Shown here in pieces: positions 29,430 through 38,900 of a stretch of 64,000 nucleotides of DNA (its first letter is position 1; each line of letters begins with the position of its first letter). The stretch lies in contig CBDCXR010000004.1 in NCBI GenBank assembly GCA_965223845.1, positions 3,104,001 to 3,168,000 on the forward strand, written 5' to 3'. This DNA is from Planctomycetota bacterium (lineage in GTDB: Bacteria; Planctomycetota; UBA8108; SXIK01). A program made the position numbers and the translations under genes. The notes beneath the pieces were generated by a model. That model was not told where the DNA came from, did not search any database, and saw nothing but the letters and a program-made list of their open reading frames with translations.

Positions 29430-29497
29430 CCCGAGGGCGCGGCGAAGATCTCGATCTTCGCCGCGCCCTCGGATGAAGGGACCGTTATCGCTGCCTC

Positions 29498-32400
29498 CTA
29501 CTCACACGCACTCGGGCAATCCTGAATGCGGCGACACGCGTCGATCGGGCCGAGCACGGGCTCGGCGCCGTCCGCGAAGAGGTACAGGAGACCGGCGATT
29601 CCATCGGAGATGTTGACCGCATCGTCGCCGTTCCAATCCATGAGCGTGACGTTCGCCGAGTCGTCCGCGCTCCCGTCACCGCAGGGAAGCGACTTCGGTT
29701 CACCGCCGAAGAGGAAGCCCAAGAGACAGATCGGATCGGCGATGTTGACCGCCCCGTCGACATTGCAGTCGAACGGCAGAGCCGCTCCGACCTCGCCGCC
29801 GCCGAGCGAGCACACCGCGCTTCCGGGGAGCGACATGAGCTCACCGACCATGGCGCGGACCTCGTATTCGCCCGGCTGAACCCGCAGCGACACGCGGTCC
29901 TCGAACAGGGTCGCTTGACCGTCGAGGATGTCGACGAGGTGGCCGTCTCGGTAAACCCGAATCGAGTCGTACGCGTCCCCGTTCTCCCATTTGAGGGTGA
30001 CGACGCGCTCCGAGCGAAGCGCGATGGCGTTGCAGGCGATTCCGCTCGGCGGCTCAACTCCGATGTCGAGGACGATCGGCTCTTCCGGGCGCCCCTTGCG
30101 GCGTTCCTTCCAAGCCCGACCGGCGCCGGCGACCTGCAGCTCGACGAGTCCCGCCGCCTGCGTTTCGAGTGAACCGACGATGCGAGCGCTCCGTCCCGTC
30201 GGATCCGCCTCCACCGAGACGTCCGACCATTCGTGCCCGGCGACGCTTCGCTTCGAGCGCATCTGCACGTCGAAGCTCGGCAGCTCATCCATGGGAGCGA
30301 GTCCGACATTCCGCAGATCGACCATCGCCTTGACCGTGGAGCCGGCGGGAGCGTGACGGTCACTGACCGCGAACCGATCGACGATCACTTCCGGCTCGAG
30401 GAGAGCAGCGTAGGAGCGCACGCCTGCGTCGACGTTTCCGCGCTCGAGGTGCGTCGTGTTCACGACGCAGAGATCACCGGCTCCTCCCTTCGCGATCGCT
30501 AGCTCCCAATCACGCTCGCCGTCGCGATCGAGATCCTTCACGAACCACGTCGCGTTCTCGCCCATGCTCGGGTAGTAGGTCGCGACCAGGGCGTCGCCGT
30601 CGAGCGTGAGCGGACCGTTCGCTCCCGGAGGCGGAAGCGGAAGGGACGGCGTCCCGAAGACGGTGTCACGCGCGGGGCCGCCGGCATTGAACGTTCGCGC
30701 TACGAGGCCGAAGGACTCGTCCTCGGGATCCCAGACGATGTCCGGAAAGACTCCGACCGCGACCGTCCAGCCCGGAGGACAGTTTCCGCGCTGAAGCGGA
30801 TAGGCCTGGCCGAAGGTTCCGTTGAGAAGCACGGCGGTGTAGATCACCTGCTGGTTCCCCGCACCGGTAGTAATCGCCGGACCGTCGAGCGTGTTGACGA
30901 GCGGCTGGTCCGCGGTGAACGTCAACATGCCGTCGTTGTCCGACGAGAGCGCGATCGACGGCATCTCGAGTCCGAGGAGACCGAAGTCGAGCGTCTCGAC
31001 CGGAGTCCAGACACCGTCGATGCGCATCGAAAACGCGAGCGCGCGGTCTGTGCTCGTGCCGAGGAGTCCGTCGATATCTTGGACCCACACGACGGCGACG
31101 GTGTCTCCACTCGGCGACACGGAGATTTCCGGCTCGTAGTCCGCAACCGGCTGGCCCGGCACGGCGTCGGAAATCTGCTCGACCGGTCCGAGCGAACCCC
31201 CGGCCCCGATCCGGCGCGCGACGACTTCGAGCTTCTGCCGAAGCATCGTGCCGTCCGGAGCGAGGATGTCGCTGTCTTCGCTCCGCGTCCAGACGCACCA
31301 CGCCTCGCCGGCTCCCGGTGCGGCCGCCACCTCGGGGCGTCCCTCGGGAAGCTGGTTCTGCGTGATGGCTTCTGCGGCCGACCAACCACCCGCGTTCGTC
31401 CACATGGAATAGAAGATCTCTTCGTTCCGGAAGATCTCGGCGGTCGCCTCGGTGTCCTCCATGTTCTCCGTGATCTGCTCGATCTCGGCGAACGAAAGCG
31501 TGTTCTCGGTCCACACCGCGATCGCTTGCGTATCGCTCATGAACGCCAGCGACGAATCCCGGCGGAGTCGATCGGTAGGAGCAAAGAGAGGCTGCGGCGC
31601 GGTCCAGCCGGCACCGGCGTCCTGAGAGAAGAAGAGTTCGGGATCGTAGATTTCGGGATCGGGAGCCGCGTCCTTCATGAACACCAGGAGTGTGCGTCCA
31701 CCCGACGGGCTCGTGGCGACCGACGGATGCGTCTGCTGCGGAATCGACGGATCGACGCCGATGCCTCCCGCCCCGCCGCAGCCGCCGCCCCACTCGTTCT
31801 CGTAGACGTGAAAGGTCTTGCCGACGCAGAAGAGTCCCCACAGCGCACAGGCGTGAACCTCGGCGTCGATGTCGAGACCGAGACAGAAGCCGACGTCGAT
31901 GCCGAGGTCGTTTCCGTCCCATCCGACGGTGATCGGCAACCCGAACGATCCTGTCGGATTGATCGATGCGCCCACCGACCCGAGTCCACTCGCGACCACG
32001 AGGTCGATTCCGCCGGTGACCCCGAGCGACAGCACGGGCTCGAAGGTGTACTCGAACTGAAAGTGGGGTTGGTTGCGACTCAGCTGCACGCGGATGTCAT
32101 TGAAGAGTGCGGCGCCGAGATTCACGCCGAGCTTCCCCCAGAGCTCGAGGTCGACTCCGAGCACCTTGCCGCTGACGAGAGGACCCTGAAAGAGCGTCCA
32201 GTCGAAGTCCTTCTCGAGAATCTTGAAGTTGTTGAGCTCGTAGACGATGTCGAAGTCCGGGCAGAGGAAGAATACCTGTCCCGGAATCTCCGCGTTCGGA
32301 TTGATCGACCACTGCTTGTTGACGATGTCGTAGTTGATCAGCTTGAGCGCGAGCACGGCTTTGGCTTCGTCCGCGAACCACTTCTCGTCCTCGAGCCGCA

Positions 32401-35400
32401 TCCGCGTCGTGGCACGTGCCTCAGCGTGGTTCTCGATGACGAGGTCGGTGACGAGAAGCGGGATCGTGAAGTCGTGCTCCCAGAGAAGCTGTCCCGGGAA
32501 GCTGCCTTCAACCGTGTAGCGATGGGACGTCTTGTTGTACGAGATCTCCGTCGTGATCAAAGGAAGGTCGAGGAACGCCGGCTTGGGACAGAAGGAAATC
32601 GGCCAGGTTTCCTCCGCTTCCTTGTCGTCCGAGTCTTCCACCCGGATGCGAACGCGCGCCTCGCTGACGTTCGGTACGTCACTCATGTTGAGAGTCGCCT
32701 TCCACCACGAGAGTTTCGGGTGGCCGTCGAACATCGTCGCCGATTCGGAGAGGTACACGACGTTGTCGTTCGCGGCGTGAATCACCTCGAATCGCACTTC
32801 GGTGATCTCTCCGAAGTTCGACGGCGCGACTTGGGTGTAGAACGTCACGTTGACGTCCGTCGCGATGTTCGGAATGTACTTTTTCTCCGCCGGGATCGGA
32901 TCGATTCCGAAGATTCGCGGGGGAACGAGCGCGACGAAGCTGTCGGCGTCGCTCGGCGGAATGCCCGTCCCGAAGGCGCGGAACTCCGTCGAGCTGCCGC
33001 AGGCGTTGTCTTTCACGGTGACGCGCGCCTGAACGAGCTTACCGCGGGGAAACGTGCGGGTGACCTTGTTGCCCGCGGAAACGGCCGGACCGTTGCCGAA
33101 GTCCCAGATGTACTGCGTGATGTGGCCGTCCGAGTCCTCCGCGTCGCAGGCGAACGTCATCGTGATCTCATCATCGTTCGCGCCACCGGCTGCGCCGTCG
33201 CCGCCGATGCCCCCACCACCGCCGTTCGGGAACCCGTTCGCGAGCCAGCCACCGACTCCAGGACCCGTCGTCACTCTTCGAATCTGGTGGATGAGCGGCG
33301 GGATGTTGTCCGAAAGGGGATACACCTGAATGAGCGGATAGGGAGTACAGGGGAACGGGGGCGGCAGCTCCTGGGCGGCGGCGTCCTTCGTGAGGCCGTA
33401 GATCTCGAAGTTGTCACCGCCTCCGTCCACGTAGAAGCCGACCACGTAGTCGCCCTTGACGAGCGGGACGGGAAAGATCGCTTCGGTCCACCGGTTGTGC
33501 GTCGAGACGGGCAGATTGTTGACGTCGATGTTGTCGACGATGATGTCGTACGGCGGCAGGATCGAGCGCAGGCGCGCCTTGAGATCTCCTCCGTACCGGT
33601 AGCGGCTTCCGTGGACGCGGATGCGAACACCGTTTGTCGCGTCTTCGTCGAGCGTGAAGTAGGTCCGGCGCTCGATCGAATCGTCGCCCGTGAGAGGAAG
33701 CAGCTCGTCGGTCGCGATGCCGGTGCCGCCCGTCGGAACGGGCAAGGGACAATCGGTGAATCCGCCGATCGCGCAGCTCACCGAAGGGGCGCGCGCCCCG
33801 AGCGCGTCGACGGCCGGGCCATCGAGCTCGATGGTGAACTCGTGATTCTCGTCTCCACCTCGCGTCAGCTCGTCCCATTCCGACTGGGGAATGATCAGCT
33901 CGCGAGCATCGCCCTCGAGCTCGGCCATCGGCTCGCCGTCGCAGAAGATGCGGACGATGTCCGCGAGGATGACGTGCGACCAGGAGAGCCGAGCGCCGCG
34001 TCCACCCCCGAGGTATTCGCAGTTCACATCCTGAACCGGCGGCAGCTCCGGTGTCACGTAGGTAACGGCCGCTTCCAAAGTCGCCGTCGCATCGCGCGTA
34101 TCCGTGCCGATCGACAGGTCGTACGTGCCCGGATCGCGCGGAGGAAGCGTCACCGTCGCGTGCAGGACTCCGTCCAGTCGGACGCGGTGCGCGCCGGCGA
34201 AGCCGAACACTTCGTACGTACGACTCCGCTCGAGCGGATCCTCGAACACGACGGTCACGCGACCGCCGTCCGTGGGTAGTTCACTCGGGTAAACGTCGAC
34301 GATCTCGATCTCGAGATCGCGGTAGATGATCGCCCCCGGAACTTCGATGAGACTGATCTTGTCGAAATTGAGGCTGAGGGTCGACGTCGGAATCGTACCG
34401 CCGCCCTTGAGCTCCGGCCCGGCGGGAGGGACGCGTCCAACGATCCGGGTCGAATCGATGAACTGCTGGTCCAGGATCGGGCTGTCGCCGAACTTCGCAA
34501 CGAGCTCCGGGGTGAAGTTCTCACCGTCGATGGCGACGAAACTGCCGCCCGACCGCCAGTGCTCGCGCGGATGGACTCGACCGACCTTGACCGCGGGCAG
34601 GTCAGCCACGTACTCGATGGCATCCGGAAGGAACGCCACGCGCGTCAGATCTGCGTAGATGGTGACACCGGCAAGACCGGGCTCGTCTCTGCCCGGCGCG
34701 GTCCCCTCCATGAGGCGCGAGCTCACGACGACGAGATCTTGAATCGGCTGATCGTCCACATGGACGGCCTGACCGTTTTCGAAGCCTTCGCCGACGATTT
34801 GGATGCGGACTCCCCCCGCGAGAGGAACTTGTTCCGGAACGACGTCGACGATCCTGACCCGGGAGCCGGCTCCCACGTACGTCACTCCGTCTTGGAGCGT
34901 GGCGACGAGCCGCTCACCCTCGTAGAGCTCGACGTCGTAATCGCCGGGCTCGTGCGCCGGAACGACGCCCTCGAGCCGCTGACCGGACACGAAGCTCAGC
35001 TGCGCTACCGGCTCACCACCGATGTGAACCGAGTGATCGGCGATGAATCCATTGCCGAGGATCGCGATCGCCGATCCGCCGGACGCCGAATGTTCGTCGG
35101 GGTCGACGGCCTTGATGACCGCGCTCGACTGCGAGCTGACGTACGTCACCGCATCGCGGATGCGAGCGATGCGCTCGCCGCCGCGGCCGTAGAGCGTGAG
35201 ATCGTAGGTGCCGGGGTCCGCCGCCGGCGCGATGCCGCGGATCGTCGACGCATCGACGACCTTTGCGCTCGTCAGCGGCTGAGCTCCGATCGTTACGTAG
35301 TGGCCGGCGTCGAAGCCCGATCCCGACACCGTCACTTCGGCCCCGCCGGCCGCGTCGAGCTCACTCGGGTCGACCGAGCGAAGGCTCTGCGCCATCGCCG

Positions 35401-35479
35401 GACCGGCGTGAGCGAGAACGGCGAGCGTGAGAAGCACGACTCGCCCGCTTGGAAGGAAAGCACGTTCTGGGGTCCCCAT
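29498..35479 (-). CDS. 1993-aa secreted surface protein: ~5 IPT/TIG domains, PKD, long beta-rich region, CARDB/FN3-like domains, C-terminal dockerin-like module
   Basis: RBS AGGAG; signal peptide ending AMA-Q; IPT repeats V.P...GG..V.I.G.GF; PKD ITQYIWDFGNG; C-terminus DCNVDGAVNIAD...DWNGDDAVNISD...CPSACE. Confidence 0.9.
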   Translation of the reverse strand: MGTPERAFLPSGRVVLLTLAVLAHAGPAMAQSLRSVDPSELDAAGGAEVTVSGSGFDAGHYVTIGAQPLTSAKVVDASTIRGIAPAADPGTYDLTLYGRGGERIARIRDAVTYVSSQSSAVIKAVDPDEHSASGGSAIAILGNGFIADHSVHIGGEPVAQLSFVSGQRLEGVVPAHEPGDYDVELYEGERLVATLQDGVTYVGAGSRVRIVDVVPEQVPLAGGVRIQIVGEGFENGQAVHVDDQPIQDLVVVSSRLMEGTAPGRDEPGLAGVTIYADLTRVAFLPDAIEYVADLPAVKVGRVHPREHWRSGGSFVAIDGENFTPELVAKFGDSPILDQQFIDSTRIVGRVPPAGPELKGGGTIPTSTLSLNFDKISLIEVPGAIIYRDLEIEIVDVYPSELPTDGGRVTVVFEDPLERSRTYEVFGFAGAHRVRLDGVLHATVTLPPRDPGTYDLSIGTDTRDATATLEAAVTYVTPELPPVQDVNCEYLGGGRGARLSWSHVILADIVRIFCDGEPMAELEGDARELIIPQSEWDELTRGGDENHEFTIELDGPAVDALGARAPSVSCAIGGFTDCPLPVPTGGTGIATDELLPLTGDDSIERRTYFTLDEDATNGVRIRVHGSRYRYGGDLKARLRSILPPYDIIVDNIDVNNLPVSTHNRWTEAIFPVPLVKGDYVVGFYVDGGGDNFEIYGLTKDAAAQELPPPFPCTPYPLIQVYPLSDNIPPLIHQIRRVTTGPGVGGWLANGFPNGGGGGIGGDGAAGGANDDEITMTFACDAEDSDGHITQYIWDFGNGPAVSAGNKVTRTFPRGKLVQARVTVKDNACGSSTEFRAFGTGIPPSDADSFVALVPPRIFGIDPIPAEKKYIPNIATDVNVTFYTQVAPSNFGEITEVRFEVIHAANDNVVYLSESATMFDGHPKLSWWKATLNMSDVPNVSEARVRIRVEDSDDKEAEETWPISFCPKPAFLDLPLITTEISYNKTSHRYTVEGSFPGQLLWEHDFTIPLLVTDLVIENHAEARATTRMRLEDEKWFADEAKAVLALKLINYDIVNKQWSINPNAEIPGQVFFLCPDFDIVYELNNFKILEKDFDWTLFQGPLVSGKVLGVDLELWGKLGVNLGAALFNDIRVQLSRNQPHFQFEYTFEPVLSLGVTGGIDLVVASGLGSVGASINPTGSFGLPITVGWDGNDLGIDVGFCLGLDIDAEVHACALWGLFCVGKTFHVYENEWGGGCGGAGGIGVDPSIPQQTHPSVATSPSGGRTLLVFMKDAAPDPEIYDPELFFSQDAGAGWTAPQPLFAPTDRLRRDSSLAFMSDTQAIAVWTENTLSFAEIEQITENMEDTEATAEIFRNEEIFYSMWTNAGGWSAAEAITQNQLPEGRPEVAAAPGAGEAWCVWTRSEDSDILAPDGTMLRQKLEVVARRIGAGGSLGPVEQISDAVPGQPVADYEPEISVSPSGDTVAVVWVQDIDGLLGTSTDRALAFSMRIDGVWTPVETLDFGLLGLEMPSIALSSDNDGMLTFTADQPLVNTLDGPAITTGAGNQQVIYTAVLLNGTFGQAYPLQRGNCPPGWTVAVGVFPDIVWDPEDESFGLVARTFNAGGPARDTVFGTPSLPLPPPGANGPLTLDGDALVATYYPSMGENATWFVKDLDRDGERDWELAIAKGGAGDLCVVNTTHLERGNVDAGVRSYAALLEPEVIVDRFAVSDRHAPAGSTVKAMVDLRNVGLAPMDELPSFDVQMRSKRSVAGHEWSDVSVEADPTGRSARIVGSLETQAAGLVELQVAGAGRAWKERRKGRPEEPIVLDIGVEPPSGIACNAIALRSERVVTLKWENGDAYDSIRVYRDGHLVDILDGQATLFEDRVSLRVQPGEYEVRAMVGELMSLPGSAVCSLGGGEVGAALPFDCNVDGAVNIADPICLLGFLFGGEPKSLPCGDGSADDSANVTLMDWNGDDAVNISDGIAGLLYLFADGAEPVLGPIDACRRIQDCPSACE

Positions 35480-35959
35480 AGTTCAACTCCTGTCCCTGAG
35501 GCACGCAGAAAACCTGCCGCTGCGAGCGCCTGAACTCGCTGCCGCTCGGCCCCGGGCCCGCCGAGTTCGCCCTCGGCTCGGGTCCGCGCCAGTCGGGTAC
35601 GCGGAATCGGGGCGGAGAAGTGGATGGGGTTTCTGGAATTTCTCGCCGCGACGGCTTCAGGTGAGGGCGGCGCCGCGATCTCGCCTGAACGCGCGTTCCG
35701 TCGCTTGACTCCTCGGCGCCGGGTCGCTCGCGCGGCGAGCCCAAAGGAATCCGGTGACGACGGCGAGGCGAACGGAGCACACGAGCCACCCGCCCTGAGG
35801 TGCTCCGACCCCGAACGCCGCGAGCAGATCGGGCACCGTCGAGGCCACGCCGAAGTCGACCGCGACGACTAGAGCGGCGAGGAGAAGCGTTCGACGGCGC
35901 GAATCGAACGACAGTTCGGAGGAACGCGTCGGCGCAGCGGGATGCCGTCTAGTTTCGAG

Positions 35960-38900
35960 TCAGAACCCGCATACGGTCGGGCAGTCCTCGATGCGCACGC
36001 AACCCTCCCCCAGTGCCGGCTGCGCGCCATTCGCGAAGAGGTAGTTGAGAAGGGCGACCGCGTCGGCGACGTTCACTCCTTCGTCCCCGTTCACGTCGAG
36101 GAGAAGAGCGCTTCCTCCCGATGCGAGCGGCGCGCCGTCGCAAGGAATCGGTCGCTCCGTCCCGCCGAACAAGTGGAGGAGGAGGGCGAGAGCGTCCGCG
36201 ACATCGAGACGACCGTCCTGATTTCCGTCACCCGGCCGCTGCCAGCCGCTGACTCCGCCGCTGTCTTCCGCCGCTCCCGGCGATCCGCCGATGTCGCCGC
36301 TCGCCGTCCAGCTCGCCGCGTCGGCCCAGCTCGCGGCCGGAGCGGTTTCATCGACGATGACGAGCGAGAACCCCTCTCCGTCCGTCGCCGGTTGCCAAGA
36401 ATCCGCGTATTCGAGCTCGAGGAGGGTCTCGCCGATCGGTCCGACGAGACGGATCGGGTCGGTCCGGTTGCTGAGCTTGCCGTCGTACTCGCCCGCGATC
36501 TGCATCCCGGCGGTGTCGTAGCGCTCCTCGAACGCCGAGAGGTTCCGCACGATGAGCGCGAACTCCCCGGGGCCGAGAAGCGGAACCGCGCTGCCGGCAA
36601 ACGAGAAGCGAACGCCGCCCTCGATGCGGATTCGCGAGAGGTCGAGCGTGTCCGGTCCGACGTTCCGCACCTCGACGAACTCGAAATCGTCGTCCCCGTG
36701 AAGGCTCTCCGGCGGCGGGGCCGGCGGGTGGTACATGAGCTCGGTGATCCGCAGCGGAAACTCGCTCTCGACCACGAAGACCGCTTCGTTGAGCGCACTC
36801 CATTCTCCATCGTCGAGCGTTCGCGCCCGCACTCGCGACGTGTTCGTGAGCGAGATCGGTCCCGTGTAGGTGTCGGCGTCGGGGTCCATCGGATCGCCCC
36901 CGTTCACGGTGTAGACGATGTCCCCCGACGGAACTCCAGTCTCCTCCGTGAGACCGATCAGCTCGGTGATGATCAGCATGTCACTCGACGTCGGACTCGT
37001 GTTGAGTCCGTGGATCGCGAGGAGGTTCTCCCCGACGCGAAGGTGCTCGATCGCGCTGCGCACGTTGTGGTCGACGGGAGACGTCGGGCTCGCCTCGCCA
37101 CCCGTTGTCGAGGCGGAGTTCCAGGCGATCGCGGCTTCGGACGGGGCGTTCGACGACGCGATGCGCTCGCCGTTGAGATAGGCCGCGAAGCCGTCGTCCG
37201 CAACCATGCGGAGAACCAAGTCGTCGAGATTCGCGATCGTCGCTGCGTCGGCGATCGAAAACGGAATCCGAACGTAGACGGACGTGTTGCCGCCACTCAT
37301 CTCGCTCTCGAAATCGATCTCGAGCCAGTTCTCGTAGCCGGAGCCCGTCTCGTAGCCGACTCCGTTTCCGCCGCTCGTCCACGTCTCGCCGCTCGAGCCT
37401 TCGGAGTAGGTTCTCTCACGCCACGCCGTGCCGAGAGAGTCGTCGGCGGGCACGACCGCGCGAATCGCGTCATCTCGCCCGACGAACGTCGTCTCCTCGA
37501 AGCCGAGCACGAGCTCGACCGTCATGGTGAGCGAGTCGCCTTCGTCGACAAAACCGCCGTAGCTTTCATCCCCCTCGAGGTGGAACACCGGGGCGGCGAT
37601 CTCCGGGTAGAGTCCGACGCGACGGAAGCGCTCGAGCGCGATGGGATGGATCCCGTCCCAGTACGTCTCCTGCACGAATTCCTGCTCGGCCAGCCATTCG
37701 ATTTCGCGTTTGTAGGGGACGGATTTCTTCGAATCACCCCACCGCGCGGACTCACCAACGATGGCTCGGTCGATCTCCGTGGCGCGATTCGCCCAGCGCT
37801 CGCGACTCGCTTCGGCGGTCAGCAGCCCATCGCCGAAGAGGTGGCGGTGCACGCGATCACCGAAGTCGCGACGGAAGTTCTCGTTCGCCATGAGGCGGCC
37901 GTAGAGAAACGACGGGGAAGCCGCCGAAATCGGATCTTCGAAGCGCGTTTGAAAGAGCGTGTGCGTCCGGATGAGCGAATCGTTCGAGATCTCTTGGTCC
38001 CAGACGAAAAACTGGTACCCCAGGCTCTCCGGCCCCCGGCGCCGAGCCGCCCACCAGTTGTGATTCGGCCAGTCTTCCGCGCCGGCGTAGATGTGGAGCA
38101 CCATGTAGTCGATGAGGCTGTCGACGTGGAGATAGTTGGGAAAGTCGGGATTCGGAACGCCGTCCGGGTCGTTCCCCTGAATTCTCTGGTAGGCGGAATC
38201 CGGACCGAGCCCTGCGTTCGCGAGCGCGATCATCTCGTCCCACGCCGTTCGCCGCCCCGACTGAAGCTCCGCGAAGTCCTTGATCACGTCGTACTCGTCC
38301 TTGTCACCGCCCAGGTGCTCGGCATTGAACGAGTCGGTCGGGCGCTCGGACGGATTGTAGAGACCCCAGTAGAGTCCGTTGAGAAACAGGTGAACGTAGG
38401 TTCCATGACCAGAGGGACGCCCCATCGCGATCTGCGCATCGCGCATCCACTGATCGCGCATGTAGGTCGCGTGTCGCGCCGCCCAGCGCTGTACACCGAG
38501 AACGGAACCGCCGTCGACCACCGGCCACGAGTCCGTCGACGCACCGCGGAGTAGGATCTGATCGAATCGATCGACGCGCGAGCCATCGAAAAGCGGATAA
38601 CGCAGCTTCGACGGCCCGTAGCGGCTCTTGAAGAGAACGCGGATCGGATGCTTCGGCGTGAAGCCGTGATTGCGACTCGAGTTCCCGTGCATGCGGATTC
38701 CGGCGTTCACTTGAAATCCGTCGCGACCATCGGGCCCATCCTGCCCGGGCGGATAGAAGAGCTCGATCGATGCGAGCCGCTCCCACGCCGGGCCGCGGTT
38801 ACGGGAGTTCGCGTAGATCCCCGTTGAGCCTTCAAAGAGATTCGCGGGATCTGTCGTGACGCTCATCGTCGGAATCGCGAGCAGGGCCTCTTCGAAGCTG

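Noticed and set aside
31079-34279. 1066-aa plus-strand ORF, and similar long antisense ORFs (13913-16381, 35942-38554, 46364-48745, 48770-50758, 53580-55238, 55776-57296)
   Set aside because: They lie opposite well-supported genes, are rich in Arg/Val/Asp and have no motifs; typical shadow ORFs of high-GC coding sequence.
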